Assembly: GCA_965226885.1 (NCBI GenBank)
Contig: CBDDEL010000017.1
Coordinates: forward strand, 384,001 to 448,000
DNA from: Opitutales bacterium
Lineage (GTDB): Bacteria > Verrucomicrobiota > Verrucomicrobiia > Opitutales > UBA2987
Direction: 5' to 3'
DNA length: 64,000 nt
In this document: piece by piece, positions 40,638 through 50,733 of the stretch
Position numbering within the stretch: position 1 is the first letter of the stretch
Layout: the number at the start of each line of letters is the position of its first letter
The notes under the pieces: model-generated
Database searches by the model: none
What the model saw: the letters and a program-made list of their open reading frames with translations, nothing else
What the model was told of the DNA's origin: nothing
Made by a program: the position numbers and the translations under genes

Positions 40638-41531
40638 ATGCTCTTGACGCCAAAAACTTTTGCAGGAGATGAGATGGAGGGCCCATTGACAACTGCTTGG
40701 CGATTCAGTCAAGACGGCACAGCCGGCTACATTTCGGGCGGCCATGGGCACGGCGTCGAGATCACTTGTGGCGCGGATTCCGAACCAGTGACGCGACCCA
40801 TGTGCATGAACTTGGAGCATTACTACGCGCGCGGAAAGCCCGGTACGTTCGTTCCCCGCTACAAGGCAGAGGTGCATTCCGAGTTGATCTCGCAGAATTC
40901 GGTTCGGGTATCCATCGAGCCCTACGGGAGTTGGCGTCTACGTTCGACGATCACTTATCGTCTGCTGCCTGAGTCTACCATCGAGGCGGAGTACAGCTTT
41001 GCCTTCGAGCAGGCATACCCTGATTTTCATGTGCTCATCAGCAACTACTTTAACGAACCCACCGAGCCTTTCCTGCGTATTGACGGCAGGTGGACACAGC
41101 CTTCGTTGGGTGAGAAGGAGCATCGCAATTGGCCGCGCGACTCCGAATCTCGCAGGCTCATGAGCGCCACCATGGCCACGATCAACGCTGATCCGGAGGC
41201 GCTTTCAGATCAGGCCCGGCCCATCGACCAGCAATGTTACGAGCATCCCATCATGATATCTCCAATTCGCGATACCGGGTGGAGTGTTGTTCACGTCATT
41301 GAACGGGATGCGTGTCCAAGCATTTCGGCTAACCGGCGATGGAATGCACATGATTTCTCGCTTATTGGTCACAATGTCGCTGAAGGTGAGACCGTTGTGT
41401 GCCGTGCCTGGATGGTTTACACGAAACTTGAGACATTTGATAAAGCCCTGGGCCTGGCTGATCAACTGACACGGAAGCCGAACAAACAGTCTGAGTCGGA
41501 CGCGCAAGAATCGCGCGCCGCTCAACCGTAA
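40638..41531 (+). CDS. Hypothetical protein (beta-rich; cassette-like, reads into the attC-like site)
   Basis: 297-aa ORF; its stop codon lies inside the attC-like palindrome. Confidence 0.65.
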   Translation: MLLTPKTFAGDEMEGPLTTAWRFSQDGTAGYISGGHGHGVEITCGADSEPVTRPMCMNLEHYYARGKPGTFVPRYKAEVHSELISQNSVRVSIEPYGSWRLRSTITYRLLPESTIEAEYSFAFEQAYPDFHVLISNYFNEPTEPFLRIDGRWTQPSLGEKEHRNWPRDSESRRLMSATMATINADPEALSDQARPIDQQCYEHPIMISPIRDTGWSVVHVIERDACPSISANRRWNAHDFSLIGHNVAEGETVVCRAWMVYTKLETFDKALGLADQLTRKPNKQSESDAQESRAAQP

Positions 41532-41539
41532 CGTTGTGC
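41477..41539 (+). other. Integron attC-like recombination site (63 bp)
   Basis: R'' GCCGAAC - 5 bp - L'' GTCTGAGT - imperfect GC stem - L' GCTCAAC - 6 bp - R' GTTGTGC, with extrahelical bases. Confidence 0.7.
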
Positions 41540-41555
41540 CACTAGAGGAATTGAC

Positions 41556-42500
41556 ATGAATACGAAGAATCTCGACGAAGGAACACTCGAAGCAAATCGA
41601 ACGGAGCAACATCCGAATCGCGACAATGCCGATGTTCCCGATGATGTCCGCTTGGAATTAAGGTTGCCCTACGGAGAAGTAGAGGGCCGCCAACTGACAC
41701 TCGATTTGTTTACGCCTAAGAGCCAGCCTTCTCATCCACGCCCAGCCATCGTTTTTCTTCATGGCGGCGCTTGGTGGGAGGGGAGTCCAAGTCAGTTCCA
41801 TTTTCAGGCCGCCCATCTGGCTTCACGATATGGTTTTTTCTCAGTTAGTGTTGACTATCGTCTGAGCCGGGAAGCACCATTTCCCGCAGCATTACAGGAT
41901 GCGAAGTGCGCGGTACGATGGGTCAGAAGCAAATGTGATGATTTTAATATAGATCCGAACCGCATTGCCATCTGCGGCGGCTCGGCAGGAGCTCACGTTT
42001 CTTCCATGATGCTCACCACTGCCGGAGTATTTGAATACGAAGGGTCAGGTGGGAATGATGGATATGGTAGCGATGTAAATCTCGGTATTCTGTTTAACGG
42101 TGAGTTCGATATGTGGGATCTTGTCAATAAAGGCAGTCTCACAGAACCGATGCGTCTGTTCATGGGAGGAACACCGGAAGAAGTTCCAGACCGTTACACA
42201 GAACTCAGCTCGATAGATCGAATCCATTCAACCGTCCCTCCCATATTGCTCCTCCACGGCACGGAAGACAAATGTGTCTCACATAATCAGTCCCTTGCCT
42301 TTCACAAAAAGCTCACGTCTTTGGTAAGTCATTCCGATGTGGAGATTTATGACGGCAAACCGCATGCCTGGTTTAATAAGGAACCCGACAGGACAATCAC
42401 CACCAAACGTATGGTTCGCTTTCTTGTTAATCAGTTTGGTCTAAAAAAGAATGAGACAGTAACGGGCGGTTCCGACAAAACACCGGCATCAGGCCCGTAG
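41556..42500 (+). CDS. Alpha/beta hydrolase (BD-FAE/carbohydrate esterase-like)
   Basis: FLHGGAW, VDYRL, GGSAG (nucleophile), HGTED and HAW motifs. Confidence 0.9.
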   Translation: MNTKNLDEGTLEANRTEQHPNRDNADVPDDVRLELRLPYGEVEGRQLTLDLFTPKSQPSHPRPAIVFLHGGAWWEGSPSQFHFQAAHLASRYGFFSVSVDYRLSREAPFPAALQDAKCAVRWVRSKCDDFNIDPNRIAICGGSAGAHVSSMMLTTAGVFEYEGSGGNDGYGSDVNLGILFNGEFDMWDLVNKGSLTEPMRLFMGGTPEEVPDRYTELSSIDRIHSTVPPILLLHGTEDKCVSHNQSLAFHKKLTSLVSHSDVEIYDGKPHAWFNKEPDRTITTKRMVRFLVNQFGLKKNETVTGGSDKTPASGP

Positions 42501-42525
42501 TAAACTACAATCCAGGTATTAAGTT

Positions 42526-43416
42526 CTAGCCTAATTCAGGTCCGGCCGCGGCGAAAATTTCATTGGGTCGCCCGAAGGGTGTCCGTCGTCCTTTGCCCAT
42601 GCGGACAAAATCCCGCTGACGGGTGAATCCGCGAGAGCTCAGCCATTGGCAAAGTCCCTGGCATAGCAGAGGCGCGTCTATAAATACCGGCCCCTGCAGT
42701 CGGGCCAGGGCAAATGCGATTAATCTTTGCCCGATTTCCTCGTCTTGGGCGACCACCGGTCCGATTTGCGTAGCGGTTCTGCCATCCCGGCCCAGGAGGT
42801 ATCCCAGCACGTTTTCTTTTATGTCGCGGTAGGTGCAGCAAAAGTCTCCGCTGCGGCCATACAGTTCCCGCAGAACGAAACCTCTGTCGCCGCCGAAGCG
42901 TTCTGCATCCCAGGCGCAGATTTCTTCGAGTTCAGGGCCGGATATCGATTGAACTTCTGGTTGCTGCGGTTCGTGGCCGCCGCCTGCTCGATATCCCTCC
43001 CCGGAGGCTTGCCAGCGGCTTAAAGGGTAGAGTTGGCTAAAACCTAACCGCTGGTAAACTTTTTGCCCCGCTTCGGTCGCATCGAGGATCGAGACAACGC
43101 CTTGCGCCTCCAATTCCGCTATGCAGGATTTCACCAATTCCGTGGCCAGTCCGCGCTTCCTCCAACTCTTCGTCACCAGCACCATACTGATCCAGGCGAA
43201 GGAGCCGCCGAAAGGGAGAGTGGCTGCTGTGGCAATCAACTCATTTTGACCGGTGAATAGTCCCCTAGCATTGCCCCGCGCGATTAAAAATTCCCAATCG
43301 CAAATGGTTTGGTTCCAATTGGCTTCTTTGGATAGCATGAGGGCCGCTCCGGCTTGTGCGGTTGTCAGCCGGTCCATTCGCAATTCTCCAATGGTTTCCA
43401 TTTTTGGTTTCGCCAA
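42526..43416 (-). CDS. GNAT acetyltransferase (YitH-like two-domain)
   Basis: WISMVLV..WRKRGLA, LDATEAG..VYQRLGF and QIGPVVA motifs. Confidence 0.88.
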   Translation of the reverse strand: MAKPKMETIGELRMDRLTTAQAGAALMLSKEANWNQTICDWEFLIARGNARGLFTGQNELIATAATLPFGGSFAWISMVLVTKSWRKRGLATELVKSCIAELEAQGVVSILDATEAGQKVYQRLGFSQLYPLSRWQASGEGYRAGGGHEPQQPEVQSISGPELEEICAWDAERFGGDRGFVLRELYGRSGDFCCTYRDIKENVLGYLLGRDGRTATQIGPVVAQDEEIGQRLIAFALARLQGPVFIDAPLLCQGLCQWLSSRGFTRQRDFVRMGKGRRTPFGRPNEIFAAAGPELG

Positions 43417-43440
43417 GAGGCGCCTTTTCCAGACGATTCT

Positions 43441-44490
43441 TCAAGCCAGCCAGCGATCGATGTTTTCCTTCACGAAGGCGTCGTCGTTGAAAGTGGGGTA
43501 AGCTCGCTGCACACGATGGAGTTCCTTTTCCTGGCCGGGGGAGAGCGTCAATTCTTGATCGAGACATCGGCGGGAGGGGACCAGACCTTGTCGGCGCAGC
43601 ACCTCCAATATTCCTGGTATACACCCCGAAAACTGATTGGCGGCATCAAAAATAGCCGCATTGGCGTCGGTTAAGGCGATATTCATTTTGAGCCATTTGG
43701 CCGGGATTTCCTTTTGCCCCCGGACTCGTTTAAGTTCCTCCAGCAGTTGGACCGCCCGTTGCGTCCAAACGCCCCATTGCCCCAGCAGTCCTCCGTTAAA
43801 CAAACGGCAACCCTGTTTCCCTCCCACCGGAAATTCATAGATCGTCAATAGATCGAGGATGATATTGTCGTCGTTACCAGTGTAGAGAGCAATGTCCTCG
43901 CGGCCGCTTTCGACAACGGCTCGAACCACATCAAGCGTCTGATACCGGTTGAAGGGCGCGATCTTGACCGCCACGACATTGGGGATCTCGATAAATTGCC
44001 TCCAGAAATCAAAACTGAAAAGACGACCTCCAACCGACGGCTGCAAATAAAACCCGATCACAGCAATCTCTTGAGCGACCCTCCGGCAATGCTCCAGCAC
44101 GGCGGATTCCGGCTCGCTCCTCCAGGCGCCTAGACTGAGTAAACCGACTTCGTAATTAAGGGAGAGAGCAGTTTGCGCCTCCTGCAATGCCTGAGCGGTT
44201 TTGCCGCACAAACCGGCGATTCGGGCAAATCTCTCCCCTTCCCTTCCTGAGTACGCATCAATCTCCTCCGAAACGAGCCTCAAAACCGGCTCGAACAAGC
44301 CATGCTGCGGATCGCGGATTTCAAATTGAGTTGAATGCACCCCGACTGCCAACCCACCCGCTCTTGCATCGATATAGTATCGCACCAAAACCCTCTGATA
44401 TTGCTCCGACCAAATACCATTTTCATTGAGAGCCAACGGACAGGCAGGCACAACCTGCCCTTCTAGCAAGTGTTCGCGCAATCCTTTCAA
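43441..44490 (-). CDS. DHDPS/N-acetylneuraminate-lyase family aldolase-like protein
   Basis: PACPLAL, GVHSTQF, FYLQ, VAVKIAPF (Schiff-base Lys) and YTGNDD motifs. Confidence 0.85.
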   Translation of the reverse strand: MKGLREHLLEGQVVPACPLALNENGIWSEQYQRVLVRYYIDARAGGLAVGVHSTQFEIRDPQHGLFEPVLRLVSEEIDAYSGREGERFARIAGLCGKTAQALQEAQTALSLNYEVGLLSLGAWRSEPESAVLEHCRRVAQEIAVIGFYLQPSVGGRLFSFDFWRQFIEIPNVVAVKIAPFNRYQTLDVVRAVVESGREDIALYTGNDDNIILDLLTIYEFPVGGKQGCRLFNGGLLGQWGVWTQRAVQLLEELKRVRGQKEIPAKWLKMNIALTDANAAIFDAANQFSGCIPGILEVLRRQGLVPSRRCLDQELTLSPGQEKELHRVQRAYPTFNDDAFVKENIDRWLA

Positions 44491-44605
44491 TTTAACTCAA
44501 TAGTTTTCAATTTGTTATGAATGACTAGAACCTGTCTTCTGCTGTTTTTCAATCTTTGATTAGGTGGATGCGGTGGAGGTCAAGGGGGTAGGAGTTGGGG
44601 TGGTT

Positions 44606-45634
44606 TTAGAAATTTCCGGTGCGTTGTTCGAAGAGGGTCGGTTTGCCCCAGGTTTCTCCGTCGGCTTGCAGCCAGAACGCCGTCCAGGCGATGATTTGCT
44701 CTATGTCCACTTCTTTGCCGTTGAACAGGTGCCGGGATTTTTGCGCGTTGTTGAGCCAGCCCGTCTTCGCTTCCTGTCCCGTGATGATCGGCTTTTTGTC
44801 GAATATTTCTCCGAATCTTTGGGCCACCTGGCGCACCGAGAGGGTTTGCGATCCGGCCACGTTCAGGATGAAGGGCGGAGAGGTCGCGTATGATAGTGTC
44901 TGGATGATGTAGGCGATGGCATCGCCCTGCCAGATGGCGTTGAAATGCCCCGTGGTGACATCGATGGGCTTGCCTTGATAAACTTTTTCCGCTATGTCCA
45001 TGAGTATCCCGTAGCGGAATTCCACCGAGTAATTGAGCCGCACGATGGTGCAGGGTGTGCCCTGTTGGCGCGAGGTGTGGATGAATGCTTCCTCCCGGCC
45101 CAGGCAGGAGCGCGCATAGGTGCCCACCGGGTCGGTCTGGTCCTCTTCCCGCGACCCGCCCGAGCTTATCGGCACAAAGGAGTAGACGCAGCCGGTGGAA
45201 AAGACTACCAGGCGCGAATGGCTGAACTTTTTGGCCACCAGTTCCGGCGTGTACACGTTCATCCGCTGGAGCATCTGCGGGGCGGAGGCGGTGCCGAATT
45301 TTATCCCCGCCAGGTAAAATATGTTGGGGCAATCGGGCAGTTCCTCCAGTTCCTCGGCCACGCTCAAGTCGCACCGATGGGTCTCGATGCGGAACTTCTC
45401 GAAATCGATGCGCGGGCGCAGGCTCTGGAAGCGCGATACCGCTATCACACGGTTGTCCCGGCCCAGGAGCCGAAAGCCCTCCTGCAGGGCCAGGGACAGG
45501 TGCAGCCCCATCTTTCCCCCCGCCCCCAGAACCATGACATCTCCTTTGACATTTGCCAGTGCCTCTATTGAGTTCGGGGTCGGTGTGGCAATAAACGAGT
45601 CGATCTCCGCGGTGTGGCAAGGCAAGATTCCCAT
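44606..45634 (-). CDS. NAD-dependent epimerase/dehydratase
   Basis: LGAGGKMG, FSTGCVY, YARSCLGRE and RLNYS motifs; AAGGA upstream of ATG 45634. Confidence 0.85.
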   Translation of the reverse strand: MGILPCHTAEIDSFIATPTPNSIEALANVKGDVMVLGAGGKMGLHLSLALQEGFRLLGRDNRVIAVSRFQSLRPRIDFEKFRIETHRCDLSVAEELEELPDCPNIFYLAGIKFGTASAPQMLQRMNVYTPELVAKKFSHSRLVVFSTGCVYSFVPISSGGSREEDQTDPVGTYARSCLGREEAFIHTSRQQGTPCTIVRLNYSVEFRYGILMDIAEKVYQGKPIDVTTGHFNAIWQGDAIAYIIQTLSYATSPPFILNVAGSQTLSVRQVAQRFGEIFDKKPIITGQEAKTGWLNNAQKSRHLFNGKEVDIEQIIAWTAFWLQADGETWGKPTLFEQRTGNF

Positions 45635-45670
45635 TGGTTCCTTTAAAAATTTGACAAAATTCAATAAATA

Positions 45671-45686
45671 GTAACTAAATGGTTAC
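45671..45686. promoter_or_regulatory. Palindromic operator GTAACtaaatgGTTAC (putative TetR autoregulatory site)
   Basis: Directly before or over the TetR start; TTGACA at 45651-45656. Confidence 0.87.
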
Positions 45687-45690
45687 GTGC

Positions 45691-46335
45691 ATGAAAAATA
45701 AAGACAAGTCTTTTTCGAGAAAAAAAACGCGGCCCCCCAACACCCGCGAGCGATTGCTTAAAACTGCTATCGGGCTTTTTTCCCGAGACGGCTACAACGG
45801 GGTCTCGGTGGACAAAATCGTGAACGCTGCCGGCGTCAACAAACGGATGGTCTATCACTACTTCGGGAGCAAGGAAAACCTCTACCATGCCGTCCTGCTG
45901 GAAGTTTACCAGCGGCTCGAACGGCTCGAATTGAAAATTTTTGAAAAGCCTCAATCGCCCGAGGAGACCCTCAAACACATTCTCTCCAGCTACTTCACCT
46001 TCCTGGCCGACAACCCCGAATTCGTCAACCTGCTGCTGTGGGAAAACCTCAACCATGGCCGTGCGATCCAAAAACACGGCCACCTGCTGACCAAAAACCC
46101 GGTCATCGCCCACCTCGGCGCCATCATCGAAGAAGGCAAGGAAAAGGGCATCTTCGAGCGTTCAGTCAACGTCAAGCACTTGCTCATCAACTTCATCGGA
46201 CTGTGCTTCATCTACCACTCCAACCGCTACACCCTGAGCCAAGCGCTGGAAATGGATTTGGGAGACAAAGAAGTACGCCAAAACGGCCTCGAGCAAGCCC
46301 TCCACCTCGTCCTCGACGGCATCCGCAGCAAATAA
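45691..46335 (+). CDS. TetR/AcrR family regulator (NicS/RutR-like C-terminal domain); alternative start 45679
   Basis: HTH ...AAGVNKRMVYHYFGSKENLY; C-terminal ENL..G and SNRYTLS features. Confidence 0.93.
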   Translation: MKNKDKSFSRKKTRPPNTRERLLKTAIGLFSRDGYNGVSVDKIVNAAGVNKRMVYHYFGSKENLYHAVLLEVYQRLERLELKIFEKPQSPEETLKHILSSYFTFLADNPEFVNLLLWENLNHGRAIQKHGHLLTKNPVIAHLGAIIEEGKEKGIFERSVNVKHLLINFIGLCFIYHSNRYTLSQALEMDLGDKEVRQNGLEQALHLVLDGIRSK

Positions 46336-46358
46336 AAGAATTGCCTACAGATCGTATT

Positions 46359-46398
46359 CGTAAGCAATGACGGCCTGGCGTAAGCAATGACGGCCTGG
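46359..46398. repeat. Perfect 20-bp tandem duplication CGTAAGCAATGACGGCCTGG
   Basis: Direct reading of the sequence. Confidence 0.9.
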
Positions 46399-46447
46399 CT
46401 CCACTGCGCAGAAATATCCCGAAGCATGTTCAACAGGCAAGATTTCC

Positions 46448-49213
46448 TTATTCCCGTAATCTTGACAGTTGGATTTGCGCCCCGTGGTATTCGGCCGAGT
46501 CTTCCAATGCGGTTTCTATAACGGCCTCCAGCAATTCCCCGGCTTCCGTCCGATGATTGTTGACGAGTTTATTTTGAGCCATGAAAAAGAGCGCTGTCGA
46601 ACGCTGTTGCTGCTTTGTGAGGTCCATCACAGCCTGATTAGCGGCGGATAATACCGTTTCGCGGGTGGTTTCGCCGCTAAAATAACCAGCCAGTTTCGTG
46701 AGCCAATCGTTCTTTTCGCTCTCGGGCCTGATTTTCAGGTAGGCTTTGTATTCGGCCAGCGCGATCAGACCTTCACCCAAAAAATCGCGTGCCAGGTAGT
46801 GGTAAAGACGATCGGTATCATTTACCTCCACTGCGGGAAATGCCAGCAGACGCCTGAAATCATCGAACGATTGTGGGTATTGGGCATCGTAAAAATGGGC
46901 GATGCCGCGAAGCTGGTATAACAATGCTTGGTCCGGGTTTTTGGCCAATGCCGCGGTGAAATCGGCCACTGCTCCCTGAATATCGTGAACCAGCATTTTC
47001 AATTTTCCGCGCTTTTCATAGGCGGACGTCGCATCCGGTGAAAGCCGAAGAAGGGAATCCAGATCGGAAATGGCGCCCGCAATATCCTGCCGCAGGTTAC
47101 GCAGAGAGGCGCGCGCGGAGAAGTATTCCGGTATGATGGGGGAGAGTTGAATCGCTCTGTCAAAATCGGCCAATGTGCCCGTGAGGTTACCTTTTCTATA
47201 AATGGCCAGGCCGCGATTGAACCATATACTGGATTCATCGGGACGAAAGATGAGGGCATCGGTATAATCTTCTATCGCTTCGTCTAAGTCGCCCTCTTCG
47301 ACTTTTGCCCATGCCCCTTGCAGGAGGTTCTCCAGGTAAGACGGATCGTTTTCGAGGATCGCTTCGATATCTTGCCTCGATCCTGCAATGTCCTGCAAAT
47401 TTACCTTGGCCCGGGCGCGGGCCGTTTTGGCCCCGGCCAGAGACGGATCGCGTTCCAAGGCCAGATTGGCGTCCTCAATGGCCCCTTGCCAGTCCCCGTC
47501 CGATATTTTGGCCCGACTGCGGTGGTAATAACCATCGGCGTTATCGGGCTGTAGGGCGATCGCGCTGGTGAAATCATTGATTGCCTGTTCCAGTTGCCCC
47601 AATTTGGAGTATGCTTGGCCGCGTTCCCGGTAAGCCGGAATAAATTCGGGTTTCAAGTTAATCGAATGGCCAAACAACTCGATGGCGGCTCCGAAATGGC
47701 CCGCTTTCACTAAATCTTTTCCCTGGTGGTAGGATTTCAGGTAAAATTCCGGGTCAATTTCGTTGATTTTGGCGTAATCCAATTCCGCCGTTTTCCCGTC
47801 ATCCGCCAGTCGGCTAAATTCAGCGCGGCCAAGCCTGGCCTTGATGTCGAGGGGGTTGTTTTCCACCAGCTTCGAATAATCTTTCATGGCGCCTTCCGTG
47901 TTGCCCGTTTCAGCTTTGATGTGAGCCCTGAAAGCAATCGCCTGGCCGGCCTCAGGATTGCCCTCAATGATTATTCCGAGATCTGCCAGGGCGCCCTCGG
48001 TGCGGCCGGAAAGATAACGGGCGCGGGCACGCTGTAACCGCACCAGCCAATCGTCGGGAAATTCTTCCAGGGCGAAAGTGAAATCCGAAATGGCACCTTG
48101 GTAATCCTTTTGCGCCAGTTTGATATTGGCGCGGATGACATAGGCGGTCTGATTGTGGGGCGCAAGTTGGAGAGCTTTTTGGAGGTCTTGCCGAGCTCGA
48201 TCAAATTCCAGCATGTCGGCCAGGGTGGCAGCACGGGAAGTATAGCCATCGACGAATTCCGGCAGCAATTCGATGGTCTTTCCGTAATCCTCCGCCGCCC
48301 GGTTCCATTGGCCAAGACTGCGAAAGATATTTCCTCGAAAAAAATAGGGTCGCCCCAATTGGGGATTCAGTTCGATGGTCTTGCTCAAGTCTTCCAGGGC
48401 ATCTTCCCTGCGGCCCTCGCTTAATCGGAGAATGCCTCTGTGCCAATAGGTGTCGGGAAAATTCGGAGCGTTTGCAATGACGTTGTCGAAGTCCGCTTCG
48501 GCGGCATGGGGCGAGTCCATTTCCACATAGAGCAGGGCGCGCCGGTAATAGGCATCGATATTATCCTGAGGCCGGATTTCTATGGATCGTGAAAAATCGG
48601 CCAAGGCTGCCTCGTAATCGCCCCTGGCTTGCCGGGCGATGGCGCGAAGGTGGAGAATTCGCCAGTTCTCACCTCGCACCAGGAGATAATCCTCATAACC
48701 TGCGATGGCACCCTCTATATCCTCCAGTCTGAGTTTGAGGGGCCCCAGTTTTTCCAGCGCTTCGACCGTGAGCAATTCGCCCCGGTAGGCAGTCTCATAG
48801 TCTTCCAAAGCCCCTTGGTAATCGCCGTTTTTTTTCAGCAAATAGCCACGCCGCAAAACGGCCTCGCGGAAGCCGGGATCGAGGAGGAGCGCCTTAGTGT
48901 AACTCTGCAAAGCGCCTTCAATTTCTCCCAGCGCCTCGAGTGCCTGCCCGGAGTACAAATATATTTGAGGGGCCTCTCCATAATCCTTGATGATGACTTC
49001 CAAAATTTCCAGTGCCCGTTGGTAGTCGCGTTGTCCGATGGCTTTCTTGGCATGTTCGAGAAGATCGGTTGCCAATGAACGCGATTTAGATTGAGGAGTC
49101 GCAACGGAGGTCGAATTGGCGACCACTGTGGAAAATGCCGGAATAATGATTAAACCGAAAATACAGAAGATAACCTGAAACCTGAAACCTGACAACTGTA
49201 TCCTGTTTCCCAT
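46448..49213 (-). CDS. Secreted/membrane-anchored TPR-repeat protein with an NlpI-like C-terminus
   Basis: Many ~34-aa AY..RG...G....A..D...AI.L.P repeats; hydrophobic N-terminus. Confidence 0.88.
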   Translation of the reverse strand: MGNRIQLSGFRFQVIFCIFGLIIIPAFSTVVANSTSVATPQSKSRSLATDLLEHAKKAIGQRDYQRALEILEVIIKDYGEAPQIYLYSGQALEALGEIEGALQSYTKALLLDPGFREAVLRRGYLLKKNGDYQGALEDYETAYRGELLTVEALEKLGPLKLRLEDIEGAIAGYEDYLLVRGENWRILHLRAIARQARGDYEAALADFSRSIEIRPQDNIDAYYRRALLYVEMDSPHAAEADFDNVIANAPNFPDTYWHRGILRLSEGRREDALEDLSKTIELNPQLGRPYFFRGNIFRSLGQWNRAAEDYGKTIELLPEFVDGYTSRAATLADMLEFDRARQDLQKALQLAPHNQTAYVIRANIKLAQKDYQGAISDFTFALEEFPDDWLVRLQRARARYLSGRTEGALADLGIIIEGNPEAGQAIAFRAHIKAETGNTEGAMKDYSKLVENNPLDIKARLGRAEFSRLADDGKTAELDYAKINEIDPEFYLKSYHQGKDLVKAGHFGAAIELFGHSINLKPEFIPAYRERGQAYSKLGQLEQAINDFTSAIALQPDNADGYYHRSRAKISDGDWQGAIEDANLALERDPSLAGAKTARARAKVNLQDIAGSRQDIEAILENDPSYLENLLQGAWAKVEEGDLDEAIEDYTDALIFRPDESSIWFNRGLAIYRKGNLTGTLADFDRAIQLSPIIPEYFSARASLRNLRQDIAGAISDLDSLLRLSPDATSAYEKRGKLKMLVHDIQGAVADFTAALAKNPDQALLYQLRGIAHFYDAQYPQSFDDFRRLLAFPAVEVNDTDRLYHYLARDFLGEGLIALAEYKAYLKIRPESEKNDWLTKLAGYFSGETTRETVLSAANQAVMDLTKQQQRSTALFFMAQNKLVNNHRTEAGELLEAVIETALEDSAEYHGAQIQLSRLRE

Positions 49214-49216
49214 ATT

Positions 49217-50728
49217 TCAATCCTGTTGCCTGCAATCAAAATGATCAAGAGGCCAGACCGGTCTGCGAATATTTTTGTAGGGCAGGGATTTGAGGTTGCT
49301 GGCGCACGGTCCCGGCGTATCCACTTCTATATTGAGCCGGGCGATTTTGTCGTAAGCCTGCCGATGGGCCACAGCCGCCTTGACATGGATCACGCCAAGC
49401 CGTTCGGGATCGATCCCTTGGCTGCGCCACTGACCGAGGTCGAAGGGGGGCGTTTTTCTGCTCGTCAGGAGAATAGTCGAATTTTTATGCTGGACAACCG
49501 CGCATGGTCCCATATCAACGGTTTTACCGGCGATGGCAGCGAGATGGCTGTGCGGGTCTTCGAGTTGAAAACGGCCATCGGAGGTTGAGACCAGCTGGAC
49601 TTTTAAAGTTAACGATTCGGCCCCGATAACCCCGCTATTTCCGCCTATGGCCAGTTCCACCGTTGCTCCCAAAGGCGACTTCAGCACCTCTTGCACGGCC
49701 TTAGGATCGTTTATTATGGAGCCAATGGAGGGAAAGGAAAATTTGAGCATTTCCTTTAGAACCAGAGTAAGATCGCCGGGAGCGCCCCCGCCTATATTGT
49801 CGGCGGACTCGACTATGACGGCTGGAAAACGGTTCTTTTTTTCAATCAGCGCTAACAGCGCTAGCGCATCATTGAGCGGAAGGCCGGGTTTGGGGCCTTT
49901 GTCTTTCCGTTCCCAGGCCAGGCTTTCCAGATCGTCGAGAACTCCTGCGCAGTCCGTTGAACTGCCGGTCGAGACAAGGGAAAAAGAGACCCCGCAATCC
50001 GCCATATCGGAATAAGCATAGCCCGCGAATACATTCACTACCTCGATTCCTTCTGTTTTCGCCTCCGCCTGGCGGGCCCGCTTCTCGAGGGATTTCATCG
50101 GTTCTTCAGCCGTTGCGGTGGCGCTGGCATTGAGCACGATGGAAGTCTGCCGCCAGATCGTTTTGGGACGGCGCCCGGAAGTAAGACAGCTATGGAGAAG
50201 GTGGGCGGCTCGTATGGCGGTGGCGCGGGCGTCCGTGTGGGGATTTTTCCGATAGGTGACCAGGCAATCGGAGAAACGGGCCATTTTCTCCGTGAAATTG
50301 CAATGCAGATCGAGAATGCCGAAGAGGGGGACCTTTTCCAAACCAGGCAGCCCTCTTATACGGGAAAGCAGCTCGCCCTCGACGTCGGGAAATGAACGCG
50401 AGACCATGGCCCCGTGAAGAAAAAGAAACACCGCATGGATGGTGGTGTTCCGGCCATTGGGCAGGGAATTGAGAAAATCGGCCCAGAAACTCTCCACCAC
50501 TTCGTCCTCGACCATCCCGCCGGGCGTAGCCTGATACAGAACCCCGGGAAAGACCTGCCAGTCGTTGGCCTCGGCCACTTCGAGAAAGCCGTCAACGGGA
50601 GAGGGGGAACCGCGAAAATCGAAAATGGATTCGCCCCGGTATTGCTCAAAGACTTTCAGGGGGGTTGACGAGTTTAGGAAGGTGTGCGTTTCATGCCGCA
50701 ACCCGGCGAAAAAAATGTTCCGTTTCAT
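49217..50728 (-). CDS. M81 family (MlrC-like) metallopeptidase/amidase, second paralog
   Basis: HETHTF, LFLHGAM, LDLHCN, YRKNPHTD and DNIGGGAPGD motifs. Confidence 0.9.
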   Translation of the reverse strand: MKRNIFFAGLRHETHTFLNSSTPLKVFEQYRGESIFDFRGSPSPVDGFLEVAEANDWQVFPGVLYQATPGGMVEDEVVESFWADFLNSLPNGRNTTIHAVFLFLHGAMVSRSFPDVEGELLSRIRGLPGLEKVPLFGILDLHCNFTEKMARFSDCLVTYRKNPHTDARATAIRAAHLLHSCLTSGRRPKTIWRQTSIVLNASATATAEEPMKSLEKRARQAEAKTEGIEVVNVFAGYAYSDMADCGVSFSLVSTGSSTDCAGVLDDLESLAWERKDKGPKPGLPLNDALALLALIEKKNRFPAVIVESADNIGGGAPGDLTLVLKEMLKFSFPSIGSIINDPKAVQEVLKSPLGATVELAIGGNSGVIGAESLTLKVQLVSTSDGRFQLEDPHSHLAAIAGKTVDMGPCAVVQHKNSTILLTSRKTPPFDLGQWRSQGIDPERLGVIHVKAAVAHRQAYDKIARLNIEVDTPGPCASNLKSLPYKNIRRPVWPLDHFDCRQQD

Positions 50729-50733
50729 CGCCG

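Noticed and set aside
44580..45620. 346-aa same-strand alternative-frame ORF over the epimerase
   Set aside because: Pro/Arg/Gly-rich with no motifs; expected from GC-rich codon bias
46359..46398. Direct repeats as a mini CRISPR array
   Set aside because: Only two adjacent units, no spacer and no cas genes
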